NCBI GenBank assembly: GCA_016839765.1
Contig: JAEOTP010000015.1
Location: 98,282 to 162,281 of the forward strand
From: Promethearchaeota archaeon
GTDB lineage: Archaea > Asgardarchaeota > Lokiarchaeia > Sigyniarchaeales > SOKP01
Reading direction: 5' to 3'
Length of the DNA stretch: 64,000 bases
How positions within the stretch are numbered: position 1 is the stretch's first letter; every line of letters starts with the position of its first letter. The notes beneath the pieces are model-generated. The model ran no database searches. It was given only the letters and a program-made list of their open reading frames with translations, and had not been told where the DNA came from. The translations under genes and the position numbers were made by a program. Below are positions 52,726 to 61,995 of the stretch, one piece after another.

Positions 52726-52799
52726 AACTCTAAGTATATCTATTCTTAACTTTTTTTTATTTCCTTTTATAAAAATTAAATTAAATGTTGTGATAAAAT

Positions 52800-53414
52800 A
52801 TGCAAAATCTAAATAAGAAAGAATTTGAACCTGAAAGCCTTATTAATAAAGCAATAGAAGATCCTAACATATTAGCTGAATTGATAAATAATCTTGTAGC
52901 TAAAGATGAAACTATTCGATATAATAGCCATAAAGTCTTATTAATTATAAGCCAGAATAAACCTAAAGTTCTTTATCCCCATTGGGATTTTTTTTCTGAT
53001 TTGTTAAAAAGTCAAAACAATTTTCATAAAGTCATTGGAATTCAAATTCTCGCAAACCTTGCCAAAATTGACACTAAAAACAAGTTTGAAGATATTTTTG
53101 ATATTTATTGTAATTTACTTGACGCTAAAAGTGTAATGACAGCTGGTCATCTAGCAGCGAATTTAGGCATTATTGCTAAAGTAAAACCGAACCTGAGAGA
53201 TAAGTTAACTAATGTATTATTAAACATAGACAAGACACATCACGAATTAGGCCGCAAGGATTTAATAAAAGCATATATTATTGAATCTTTCTATGAATAC
53301 TTTAATGAAATCGAAGATAAGGGAGAAGTAATTGAATTTGTAAAAGCTCAATTAGATAGTAAAAGTCCTAAAACTAGAAAAGCAGCTGAAAAATTTCTTA
53401 AAAAATATAACTAA
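52800..53414 (+). CDS. HEAT/ARM-repeat helical protein
   Basis: Helical repeats (DETIRYNSHKVL..., SPKTRKAAEKFL). Confidence 0.7.
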   Translation: MQNLNKKEFEPESLINKAIEDPNILAELINNLVAKDETIRYNSHKVLLIISQNKPKVLYPHWDFFSDLLKSQNNFHKVIGIQILANLAKIDTKNKFEDIFDIYCNLLDAKSVMTAGHLAANLGIIAKVKPNLRDKLTNVLLNIDKTHHELGRKDLIKAYIIESFYEYFNEIEDKGEVIEFVKAQLDSKSPKTRKAAEKFLKKYN

Positions 53415-53439
53415 ACTTTATTTTTGAATAAGTATTCAT

Positions 53440-53480
53440 TTGTCGCATCACTGCGACAATCTTGTGACAACATTTAAATA
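53440..53480 (+). promoter_or_regulatory. Actin promoter with inverted-repeat operator candidate
   Basis: TTGTCGCA-N4-TGCGACAA (53440-53459), third half-site TGTGACAA (53463-53470), TATA TTTAAATA (53473-53480). Confidence 0.6.
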
Positions 53481-53492
53481 GTCAAATTTATT

Positions 53493-53634
53493 TTATTATA
53501 TTAAAATTATATGCTGTAATTAATCAATAGATGTTAAAGTAGTTCCTGGATTTAACAATAATTCAATTCTTATTAATAATTCAATATTTTAAGTTTCTAT
53601 TGTGAAGAATTAGCATATAAGTTTGATATAATAA
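53493..53634 (+). ncRNA. Candidate structured 5' leader of the actin gene
   Basis: Nested helices TTATTATATTAAA/TTTGATATAATAA, TTATATGCT/AGCATATAA, CAATAGA/TCTATTG, TGTTAAA/TTTAACA. Ends just before the GTGGAGG RBS. Confidence 0.5.
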
Positions 53635-53652
53635 TTCGTGGAGGAATAAATT

Positions 53653-54789
53653 ATGGAAGAATTGAAATTTAATAGGGCTATTATTTTAGATAATGGAACA
53701 GGAATTTCTAAAAATGGTTATGGAGGAGAAGATCAACCGCGCTCGGTTTTTCCTACCATGATTGGAACCCCAAAATATGGAACTGTGATGCCTGATGTAA
53801 AACACTTTTCTAGAGAATATTATATTGGAGAAGAGGCAATGGAACTTAGAGGACTTTTGAATCTTAAATTTCCGATCGAACATGGTATTGTAGAAGATTG
53901 GCCTGCTATGGAAAAATTATGGCACTATACATATTATACTGACCTAAGAATTGATCCTTCAGAACATCCTATACTCCTTACAGAAGCACCATTGAATCCA
54001 AGACAGAATAGAGAAAAAATAGCTGAAATCATGTTTGAGACATTTAATGTACCTGCATTGTACATTGCAATGCAAGCGGTGTTATCTTTATATGCTTCAG
54101 GAAGAACAACAGGAACCGTGATAGATATTGGCGATGGAGTGTCTCATATTGTTCCAATTTATGAAGGATTTGCATTAAGCCATGCTATACAAAGAATAGA
54201 TCTAGCCGGAAGAGACGTAACAAAATATTTGAAAAGGTTGTTAAGACAAAAAGGTTACTCATTTACCTCAAGTGCTGAAACTGAAATTGTAAGAGATATT
54301 AAAGAAAAGCTATGTTACGTGGCAATAGATCCAGAAAAAGAATTACTACTCTCTAAGAAAGTTGCTGGAATGGAAAAATTATATATGCTCCCGGATGGAG
54401 AAACAGTTAGTTTAGGAATAGAGAGATTTTTAGCTCCTGAATGTTTTTTCAATCCATCAGTGATAGGGAAAGAGTTAGACCCAATTGATGATCTTATTGT
54501 AAGCGCTATATCTGAATGTGATGTTGACCTTCGAAGAGATCTTTATAGCAATATCGTATTATCTGGTGGTTCTACTATGTTTCCAGGTATTAAGGAAAGG
54601 TTAACAAAAGAAATAAAGGAAATGATTTCTGAATCCGTGGAAGTAAGAATTGTTAGTCCCCCAGAACGTATGTATTCAGTATGGATTGGAGGTTCAATTT
54701 TGGGCTCATTAAAGACATTTCATAGGATGTGGATTACGCGACGTGAATATAAAGAATTTGGTCCTACAATAATACACAGGTGTTTTTAA
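53653..54789 (+). CDS. Asgard actin (Lokiactin-like)
   Basis: [86 protein letters not shown]. Colinear with eukaryotic actin. Confidence 0.97.
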   Translation: MEELKFNRAIILDNGTGISKNGYGGEDQPRSVFPTMIGTPKYGTVMPDVKHFSREYYIGEEAMELRGLLNLKFPIEHGIVEDWPAMEKLWHYTYYTDLRIDPSEHPILLTEAPLNPRQNREKIAEIMFETFNVPALYIAMQAVLSLYASGRTTGTVIDIGDGVSHIVPIYEGFALSHAIQRIDLAGRDVTKYLKRLLRQKGYSFTSSAETEIVRDIKEKLCYVAIDPEKELLLSKKVAGMEKLYMLPDGETVSLGIERFLAPECFFNPSVIGKELDPIDDLIVSAISECDVDLRRDLYSNIVLSGGSTMFPGIKERLTKEIKEMISESVEVRIVSPPERMYSVWIGGSILGSLKTFHRMWITRREYKEFGPTIIHRCF

Positions 54790-54857
54790 TGATATGGTTC
54801 AATATTTTTAATTTTTATTTTATTTTATTTTATTTTAAAAAAGGAGGTTAAGTAGAA

Positions 54858-56063
54858 TTGGAAAAAATTATCAACAGATTAGATAAATTTCTTACACCTG
54901 AATCTAGAATAATCTCAACGATCATTGTTGAAGGGAAGAAAAAAATTTGTTATTCATCTGATAATTGGGATATTACTGATGATATAGAAGAAATTAATTC
55001 TTTATGGGATTCAAAAAAACTCGGAGAACTTTTTATTGATAATATTAAATACAAAATTATACAAGTCTCATCTGAAAGACTTGTTGCTATGAATTTAGAG
55101 AAAAAGGGTAGTATCATTGGATTTAAGGATGATGAGAGGAGAATTATCTCTAGAATAGAACCTGGAGAAACTTTATTCTTAGGTTTAAGGGATGCTTCAA
55201 GAACTTTAGGAGAGCTACGTAAAAAAGACCCTTATTTAGATCCGCATACAATTCTAGGCAAAATTAAAGAGATTAAATGGGCTACTCCAAAAGTCTTACT
55301 CAATGACACTCAAAACTTACAAAGATTAGGTTTATTGAAGGTTGGTTTAACACTTGAAGAGGCAAAAGTATATTTGGCTCTACTTCAGATTGGTGAAAAA
55401 GGAGAAAAGGTCGGAAATCTTAATAAAAAGCTGAATATTAAGAGAACGACAATTTATAGAATCATTGAACGCTTAATTAATAAAAGATGGGTTGATAAAG
55501 TCATGGAACGCCCAACAGGGACAACGATTTATGTTGCTAGACCTCTCAATGAGGTTATTGATAATATAATTAGTGAAAGGGAAGATGAGTTAAATATTCT
55601 TAAATCTTTTAGATATATAATGGGAGAGAGCTCAGAAAATGGCTGGATTGATGTTTCAAAAGAGTATAATACTTTAGGAATAATTGGAGTGGATAAAGAT
55701 TGTGGACTTATTATATTTGAATATGATAAAGCTGTGAAAGAAGAAGTCATCATTCAAGCAGCTTTACAACTATCATATGAGAAACTAAAAGGACATTTAC
55801 AGCCTGATTCTGAAAAAGAAGAATTTTCAAATGCGGATTTGAAGGATATCAAAATCACTCAAGTTACAATTGATAATTACTTTGGTGCAATTATGTATTT
55901 AAAATTTAAAGAGGGTTCTAAAACAGCAAACAATATCGGAACTGATTGGATTGTAGCGGCAAAACACCTTGCAATACCTCTAGAAGATAAAATTTATGTA
56001 ATTTGGGGTTCAGAAGAAAAATTTCCAATATTATTGAGTATAATCTTAGTGAAACTAAGATGA
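54858..56063 (+). CDS. Profilin-like domain + TrmB-type winged HTH + C-terminal alpha/beta domain fusion
   Basis: aa 1-120 have the Asgard profilin pattern (YSSDNWDI, IDNIKYKII, ERLVAMN..KKGSIIG). aa ~155-240 read GLTLEEAKVYLALL...IKRTTIYRIIERLINKRWV...YVARP. AGGAGG RBS. Confidence 0.78.
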   Translation: MEKIINRLDKFLTPESRIISTIIVEGKKKICYSSDNWDITDDIEEINSLWDSKKLGELFIDNIKYKIIQVSSERLVAMNLEKKGSIIGFKDDERRIISRIEPGETLFLGLRDASRTLGELRKKDPYLDPHTILGKIKEIKWATPKVLLNDTQNLQRLGLLKVGLTLEEAKVYLALLQIGEKGEKVGNLNKKLNIKRTTIYRIIERLINKRWVDKVMERPTGTTIYVARPLNEVIDNIISEREDELNILKSFRYIMGESSENGWIDVSKEYNTLGIIGVDKDCGLIIFEYDKAVKEEVIIQAALQLSYEKLKGHLQPDSEKEEFSNADLKDIKITQVTIDNYFGAIMYLKFKEGSKTANNIGTDWIVAAKHLAIPLEDKIYVIWGSEEKFPILLSIILVKLR

Positions 56064-56094
56064 TTTAAAAAGAAAAGATTTTTAAGAATTTTTC

Positions 56095-56559
56095 TTAAAA
56101 ATGAGGAATTTCGGGATGTTTCTTTGCCTCCTCATAAATAGGACCTTTAGCAATGAAACCAAGTGCCAAGCCACTGCCTCTTCCAACTAGTAAATTGTCA
56201 TTTATTTTAATTTTAAAAGCTATTAAAGTTTTTTGTGGAATTTTTATAATTCCCCTCTTGTAGATTCTAATCCAACAGTAATTTTTTTCTTTTATTTTAA
56301 ATAATTTTCCTTCTTCTAATCGGTGATTTATTAATTCAGGGAATCCTTCTAACATTTTTCCAATTGGACTACTTCTTAATAGACGACTTGAACTTAATCC
56401 AAAACCACCTGAACGTTTACTTCCAGACATTAAGATACCTTTTTCGTCTTCATTAAATTTATACTCAAAATAAGCTTCTTCTGGTATTATTATTTTACCA
56501 TTTTCCCCTACTTTTGACCATCCAAATATATATTTCCCACCTTTTACTAGTTGAGGCAT
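56095..56559 (-). CDS. Tandem AbrB/MazE-like swapped-hairpin protein
   Basis: Two repeats: KVGENGKIIIPEEA and RIYKRGIIKIPQKT. Confidence 0.65.
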   Translation of the reverse strand: MPQLVKGGKYIFGWSKVGENGKIIIPEEAYFEYKFNEDEKGILMSGSKRSGGFGLSSSRLLRSSPIGKMLEGFPELINHRLEEGKLFKIKEKNYCWIRIYKRGIIKIPQKTLIAFKIKINDNLLVGRGSGLALGFIAKGPIYEEAKKHPEIPHF

Positions 56560-56573
56560 GTAATCCTTCGTTT

Positions 56574-57143
56574 TTATTTTTCTCTGATGATACTTTTATA
56601 AAAAATAGATATTAATCTTTCACGTTCATTAGCAATTTTCTTTGAGACATCTAAATACATTTTATTTCTCAATTTCATTATTTTATTTTCCAAATGCTCA
56701 ATGACTTGATCAACTCCCCCCCTACTTTTAACCGTAAATCCTATTGTACGATATAAACCAATAGCTCCTAATGCATCTAATTTATCAGCATCAGATAAAA
56801 TTTTTGCTTCCAGAGTTTTAGGTTTTATCTCGTTTGAAAAAGAATGAGCCCTTATACAATGAATAATATTCTCAATATCCTCTTTAGGGAGATCAAAAGT
56901 AGCTAAAAAATTATTTGCTAGCTCTGCAGAAATTTCAGCATGATTTCTTTTAAAAGCTTTTACTCCTTCTTTATTTCTTCCAACATCATGAAGTAATGCC
57001 GCGATTTTCAGTATTTTAATATCCGCATCAAATTTTTTTCCTATTTTAAGAGATAAATCATATACTCTTTCAACATGAGGAAATCCATGAATATCATCAG
57101 ATTCGGAGTTTTCTCTCGCAAACTTACGAATTGTTTCCAACAT
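56574..57143 (-). CDS. HD-domain phosphohydrolase
   Basis: HGFPHVERV, ALLHDVGR, HS, DADKLDALGAIG. Confidence 0.92.
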   Translation of the reverse strand: MLETIRKFARENSESDDIHGFPHVERVYDLSLKIGKKFDADIKILKIAALLHDVGRNKEGVKAFKRNHAEISAELANNFLATFDLPKEDIENIIHCIRAHSFSNEIKPKTLEAKILSDADKLDALGAIGLYRTIGFTVKSRGGVDQVIEHLENKIMKLRNKMYLDVSKKIANERERLISIFYKSIIREK

Positions 57144-57246
57144 ACCTTATTTTACCATCAAAAGTCAAAATTATAAAATAATAAATTTCTATAAAGAGAA
57201 AAAGAATAAAAAAGAGTTGATTAAAAATTAATAGTTTTCGAGGAGA

Positions 57247-58935
57247 TTAAACTTCTTCTCCCCTTCTTTTTGCTTCAATATCTTTCAATTCTTTCCTTTG
57301 AACCTTACCAACTAAGGTTTCTGGAAGTTCTTTTCTAAATTCAATGAATTTTGGAACTTTATATGCAGCAACATTTTGTCTGCAGAATTCCTTAATTTCA
57401 CTTTTAATTTCTTCACTTTCTTGATATCCATCTTTTAATACAACATATGCTTTTACTTTTTCGCTGCCGCGGAGATCTGGGTCAGGAATTCCTATTATAG
57501 CAACATTTTCTATTGCTTCATGTTCAAACAAAACATCCTCAAGTTCTCGAGGGTAAACCTTAAAACCACTTACATTTATCATATCTTTCTTTCGATCAAC
57601 AATGTAAAAATAGCCATCCTCATCCATTTTTCCTATATCTCCAGTTAGTACCCACTCACCTTTCAATTGATTGGCTGTTTCCTCTGGCTTATTCCAATAA
57701 CCTTTCATTACTTGTGGTCCTTTTATCATTATTTCTCCTGCCTCTCCAAGAGGAACTATTTTTGTATAATCCTCAATATCGACTATTTTTACTTCGGTGT
57801 CAGGTATTGGCATTCCCACAGAGCCGATCTTTCTTTCTCCACCTATAGGATTACTGTGGGTTACTGGCGAAGTTTCTGTCATTCCGTATCCTTCTATTAC
57901 TTTTCCACCAGTTCTTTCTTCAAATTCCTTAATAACTTCAGGAGGCATTGGTGCTGCACCTGTATTGCAAATTCTTATTGATTTAAGATCTTTAGCATAA
58001 TCTTCTAAATCATCTCTTTCTAGTAAACGCATATACATTGTGGGAACTCCTGGAAACATTGAAGGTTGTGTTGATTTAATTATTTCAAATAACGATTTTT
58101 GGTCTCGAGGATCTGGATTTAAAGCAATTGTTGAGGCGTTATATATATGTATATTCATGCAGACTGTTTGACCATAGATATGAAAAAGTGGTAAATTTGT
58201 TAGGATAGTTTCTTTACCTCTGCTTGAATCTTGACCAATCCAAGCAAGTGTTGCAAGAGAATTTGAAACTAGATTATAATGAGTTAACATAGCGCCTTTA
58301 GGCACTCCAGTTGTACCTCCTGTGAATTGAAGACTTGCAATATCTTCTTTTGCGTTAGTTTCAAATTTAGGAGGATTTGGTTTTGTATCTTCAATTAGAT
58401 TGAGGAATTGTTTAGTTCCTGATATTTCAGCAGGATTTCGTGGAGCCATTGGAGAATAATCTAAAACATTTGTAATTATAACATGTCTTAGACGTGTTCT
58501 ATCCCTAACCTTATTAATTTTATCTACTTGGTTATCCCAAGCAATAATTATTTCTGCTCCAGAATCATTTAATTGATAAGCTAACTCATGTTCAGTGTGG
58601 AGAGTGCTCACACAAGTAGCTATTCCACCAGCTTTTAATATTCCATAATAACTCATTATAAATTGAGGAAAATTTGGAATCATTATCGCAACAATATCAC
58701 CTTTTTTAACACCTAAATTAATAAGAGCTGTTGCTAGTCTATCAGCTATATCTTTCAACTTTTTATAAGAAATCTTATTTTTCATAAACCATATTGCTGT
58801 ACGACTACTAAAATCTTTTGCCGCATTATCTAAAAACTCATAGAGATTTATTTCAGGATAATCTATATGAGCTGGAACGCCCTCGTCGTAGTTCTTTACC
58901 CAAGGCTTTGAAGCATATGGATTTTCTTCACTCAT
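57247..58935 (-). CDS. Long-chain fatty acid-CoA ligase
   Basis: FTGGTTGVPKG, EGYGMTE, TGD, DRKKD, VGKV. Confidence 0.93.
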   Translation of the reverse strand: MSEENPYASKPWVKNYDEGVPAHIDYPEINLYEFLDNAAKDFSSRTAIWFMKNKISYKKLKDIADRLATALINLGVKKGDIVAIMIPNFPQFIMSYYGILKAGGIATCVSTLHTEHELAYQLNDSGAEIIIAWDNQVDKINKVRDRTRLRHVIITNVLDYSPMAPRNPAEISGTKQFLNLIEDTKPNPPKFETNAKEDIASLQFTGGTTGVPKGAMLTHYNLVSNSLATLAWIGQDSSRGKETILTNLPLFHIYGQTVCMNIHIYNASTIALNPDPRDQKSLFEIIKSTQPSMFPGVPTMYMRLLERDDLEDYAKDLKSIRICNTGAAPMPPEVIKEFEERTGGKVIEGYGMTETSPVTHSNPIGGERKIGSVGMPIPDTEVKIVDIEDYTKIVPLGEAGEIMIKGPQVMKGYWNKPEETANQLKGEWVLTGDIGKMDEDGYFYIVDRKKDMINVSGFKVYPRELEDVLFEHEAIENVAIIGIPDPDLRGSEKVKAYVVLKDGYQESEEIKSEIKEFCRQNVAAYKVPKFIEFRKELPETLVGKVQRKELKDIEAKRRGEEV

Positions 58936-59020
58936 TTTTAATAAATACCTCTAAATTTTGTTATTTATATTAATTCAAATGATTCAATATAATTTAAAAA
59001 GATTTTGAAAATTAATTATA

Positions 59021-60517
59021 TTACTCTTCTGTTAAGCTGTCCAAAGTAAGTATAGCGGATTCACATACATAATCGCATTCGTCATGAATTAGATTTTTTA
59101 AACTTGAAATGACTTCTGGTGTATTTAAACCTATTTTTCCTAACGCTTCAGTAGATCTCCATCTAACATCTGGGTGCTTATCATTTAAAGCATTTATCAA
59201 TGATTGAACTGCCAATTTGGCATATATACCCATATTACCCAAAGAAAGTGCAGCCTCTCGACGTACAATGTCCGATTTATCACTTAAGGCATGTTCAAGA
59301 GCTTTTACGGCATCTTCTGAACCGATTCCAATGTTTCCTAACGCCCTTGCAGCTTCTACTCCAATAAACTTTTTTCCACTTTTCAATTTTTCAATCATAA
59401 ATGGGATAGCTTCTTTAGCATCTTTGCCAATTCCACCAATAGCAGAAATAATCAATATTTTTCGTTTATAGTTAGCCTTAAAATGATTTATCATAACCCT
59501 AAATGTAAAAATTAGGGAAAGAAATAAAGCTAAAATAAAGATGAAAATTTGCTCGAAAAGAAGCCAATATGGTACAGCTAAAAAGCTAATTATCCAATAA
59601 AGTATCCAAATCATTGGAAATTTCAGATTTTTATCATATGATTTAATTAGTAGAGGAATTGAATCTTTTCCAATATTACGGAGCGCATCAGCAGCTTTTC
59701 CTCGGACAATTTCTTCCGTATCGTTTAATAATAAATGTAAATTGTCAAGTATTTCAGGGTCTGATTTTTTAATTTCTCCTAAAGCTTCGATTGCTTCTTT
59801 TCTTACAATGGGGTTCTTATGATCTAAACTAACCAATAGACTTGGTATTGATTCCTCGCCTAATTCTGCTAATGTATTAACAACTCTATATCTTACTCTC
59901 CAATCTTTATCTCCAAGTGCAGAGATTAAACTTGGAATAGCTTTTGTATATCCTTTACCAATTTGACTTACCGCTTGCGCAGAAGTAGTTCTAACAGTCC
60001 AACTTATATCTTTAAGGTTCTTCATCAAATGGGGAATTGCAGTATACGCTTCAGGCCCTATTTTTCCAAGAGCGCTAGCAACTTCTGTTCTTACTTCTTC
60101 GTTTTTATCATCTAAAGCTTCAATTAGACTATTTAACGATTCAGTTGTAGGATTTCTTATTTTACCTAAAGCGATTGCTGCTTCTTTACGTATTGACTCT
60201 TCTTTATTACTTAATAATTTAGATAGTTCTGATACGGCTTCCTTTGCGTTAATTCCAATTCTTCCTAAAGATCGGGCAACTTCACGACAAATACTCCAGT
60301 CCTCATCTCCACAACATTTTATCAGACTATTAACTGCCTCTTCACCACATTTTTCACCTAATTCACCTAGTACATATATTGAATTAAAACGGATTGATCT
60401 GATATCACTATTTAAGTAATCTATCACTTCTTTGATAACAGTTGGATCCTTTTCTATACGAGCTAAAATTAAATCAACTCTAGCATCCCTCAATAATTTT
60501 TCTAATGAAGCAGACAA
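59021..60517 (-). CDS. HEAT-repeat protein with internal transmembrane hairpin
   Basis: Many VRxxAAxALG repeats interrupted by two hydrophobic helices at about aa 300-343. Confidence 0.85.
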   Translation of the reverse strand: MSASLEKLLRDARVDLILARIEKDPTVIKEVIDYLNSDIRSIRFNSIYVLGELGEKCGEEAVNSLIKCCGDEDWSICREVARSLGRIGINAKEAVSELSKLLSNKEESIRKEAAIALGKIRNPTTESLNSLIEALDDKNEEVRTEVASALGKIGPEAYTAIPHLMKNLKDISWTVRTTSAQAVSQIGKGYTKAIPSLISALGDKDWRVRYRVVNTLAELGEESIPSLLVSLDHKNPIVRKEAIEALGEIKKSDPEILDNLHLLLNDTEEIVRGKAADALRNIGKDSIPLLIKSYDKNLKFPMIWILYWIISFLAVPYWLLFEQIFIFILALFLSLIFTFRVMINHFKANYKRKILIISAIGGIGKDAKEAIPFMIEKLKSGKKFIGVEAARALGNIGIGSEDAVKALEHALSDKSDIVRREAALSLGNMGIYAKLAVQSLINALNDKHPDVRWRSTEALGKIGLNTPEVISSLKNLIHDECDYVCESAILTLDSLTEE

Positions 60518-60530
60518 ATTTTTAACCTCT

Positions 60531-61244
60531 TTATATTCCTAAATAAACTTTTTTAATTCGAGGTTCCTTTATTAATTGTTCTTTAGTCCCTCTCATTTCA
60601 ATTTTACCTTCTTCTAGAACATGGATAATTTCTCCTACTTGCATAGCTAATACAGCATCTTGTTCGACTAAAAGTGCTGTTGTTCCTTCTTTCTTGATTT
60701 TTGCAATGGCTTCGAATATGCTTGTCTTAATTTTAGGAGCTAAACCTAAAGATGGTTCATCCATTAGTAAAAGCTTCGGATTAGACATGAGAGAACGAGC
60801 GATTGCTAGCATTTGTTGTTCACCACCGCTTAAAGTTCCTGCTCGTTGCTTTCTCCTTTCTTTTAGGCGTGGAAATATTTCGAAAACGAATTCTAGCAAT
60901 TCTTTGATTTTTTTTTTATCCCTTAATGAATAGGCCCCCAGTTCAAGATTTTCTAAAACAGTCATATCATAAAACAACCTACGACGTTCTGGACAATGAG
61001 CTATGCCTTTTTTGGCAATTTTATATGCCTTTAAATCATCAATCCTCTCTCCGTTAAATTCAATTTTTCCACGATCGGGTTCCTCTAACCCTGAAATAAC
61101 TCTTAGAAGAGTTGATTTACCCGCGCCATTGGGGCCTATTACAACATCAAGAGCTCCTTCTTCCACATTTAAATTTACTTCTTCAAGTGATTTGGCTTTT
61201 CCATAATAATGATAAACTTTTTTTATTTCAAGCAAATACCTCAC
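60531..61244 (-). CDS. livF: Liv-type ABC transporter ATPase
   Basis: GPNGAGKS, LSGGEQQM, DEPSLGLAP, VEQD. Confidence 0.92.
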   Translation of the reverse strand: MRYLLEIKKVYHYYGKAKSLEEVNLNVEEGALDVVIGPNGAGKSTLLRVISGLEEPDRGKIEFNGERIDDLKAYKIAKKGIAHCPERRRLFYDMTVLENLELGAYSLRDKKKIKELLEFVFEIFPRLKERRKQRAGTLSGGEQQMLAIARSLMSNPKLLLMDEPSLGLAPKIKTSIFEAIAKIKKEGTTALLVEQDAVLAMQVGEIIHVLEEGKIEMRGTKEQLIKEPRIKKVYLGI

Positions 61245-61968
61245 CTTTACCTAGATATGCTTCTAATACAATTTTATTTTTTGCTACTTCTTGGGGAGTT
61301 CCATCCATAATAAATTTACCTTGGTGCATTGCTATTACCCTTGGTACAAGATGCATTAATTCTCGTAATACATGTCCCGTCATAAAAACTGTTACTCCAT
61401 CATCATGTAATTTTATAATTAAATCTGTTATGACTTCTTGTTCTTCGTGAGAAAGACCGCTAAATGGTTCATCAAGAAGTAATAGTTGGGGATTCGTCCC
61501 AAGAGCTTTACCAATTTGGAGCTTCCTTAAATCACCATGAGGTAAAATAATTGGAGGGATTCTAGCTTTATCCACCAATCCTACTGATGCCAATATAGTA
61601 CTGGCATATTCATCTATTCCATGACTCTTTGCCACTCTTTTACCTCTTGATGAAAGACAAGAAACAGAAATATTATCCAATAAAGTTAAAAATTTAAAAG
61701 ATCTTACTAATTGGAAAGTACGTGCAACCCCTAAATTAACTATCTTATAGGACTTCATGCCAGTAATGTCTTTTCCATCAAATCTAATAGTCCCTGAATT
61801 GGGTTTTTCGAAACCAGATATCAAATTAAAAACAGTGGTCTTTCCAGCTCCATTTGGTCCAATAAGGCCTAAAAATTCACCACGTTTAATTTCAAAACTA
61901 AAGTCATTAACAGCTGTTAAACCACCATACTTCTTCGTTAGATTTTTAACTTCTAAAATTACTCCCAT
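61228..61968 (-). CDS. livG: Liv-type ABC transporter ATPase
   Basis: GGLTAV, GPNGAGKT, RTFQ, LLDEP, AYLG. ATG at 61968 is preferred. Confidence 0.92.
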   Translation of the reverse strand: MGVILEVKNLTKKYGGLTAVNDFSFEIKRGEFLGLIGPNGAGKTTVFNLISGFEKPNSGTIRFDGKDITGMKSYKIVNLGVARTFQLVRSFKFLTLLDNISVSCLSSRGKRVAKSHGIDEYASTILASVGLVDKARIPPIILPHGDLRKLQIGKALGTNPQLLLLDEPFSGLSHEEQEVITDLIIKLHDDGVTVFMTGHVLRELMHLVPRVIAMHQGKFIMDGTPQEVAKNKIVLEAYLGKGEVFA

Positions 61969-61995
61969 TTTCAATTTCACTCTCACATATCTTAT

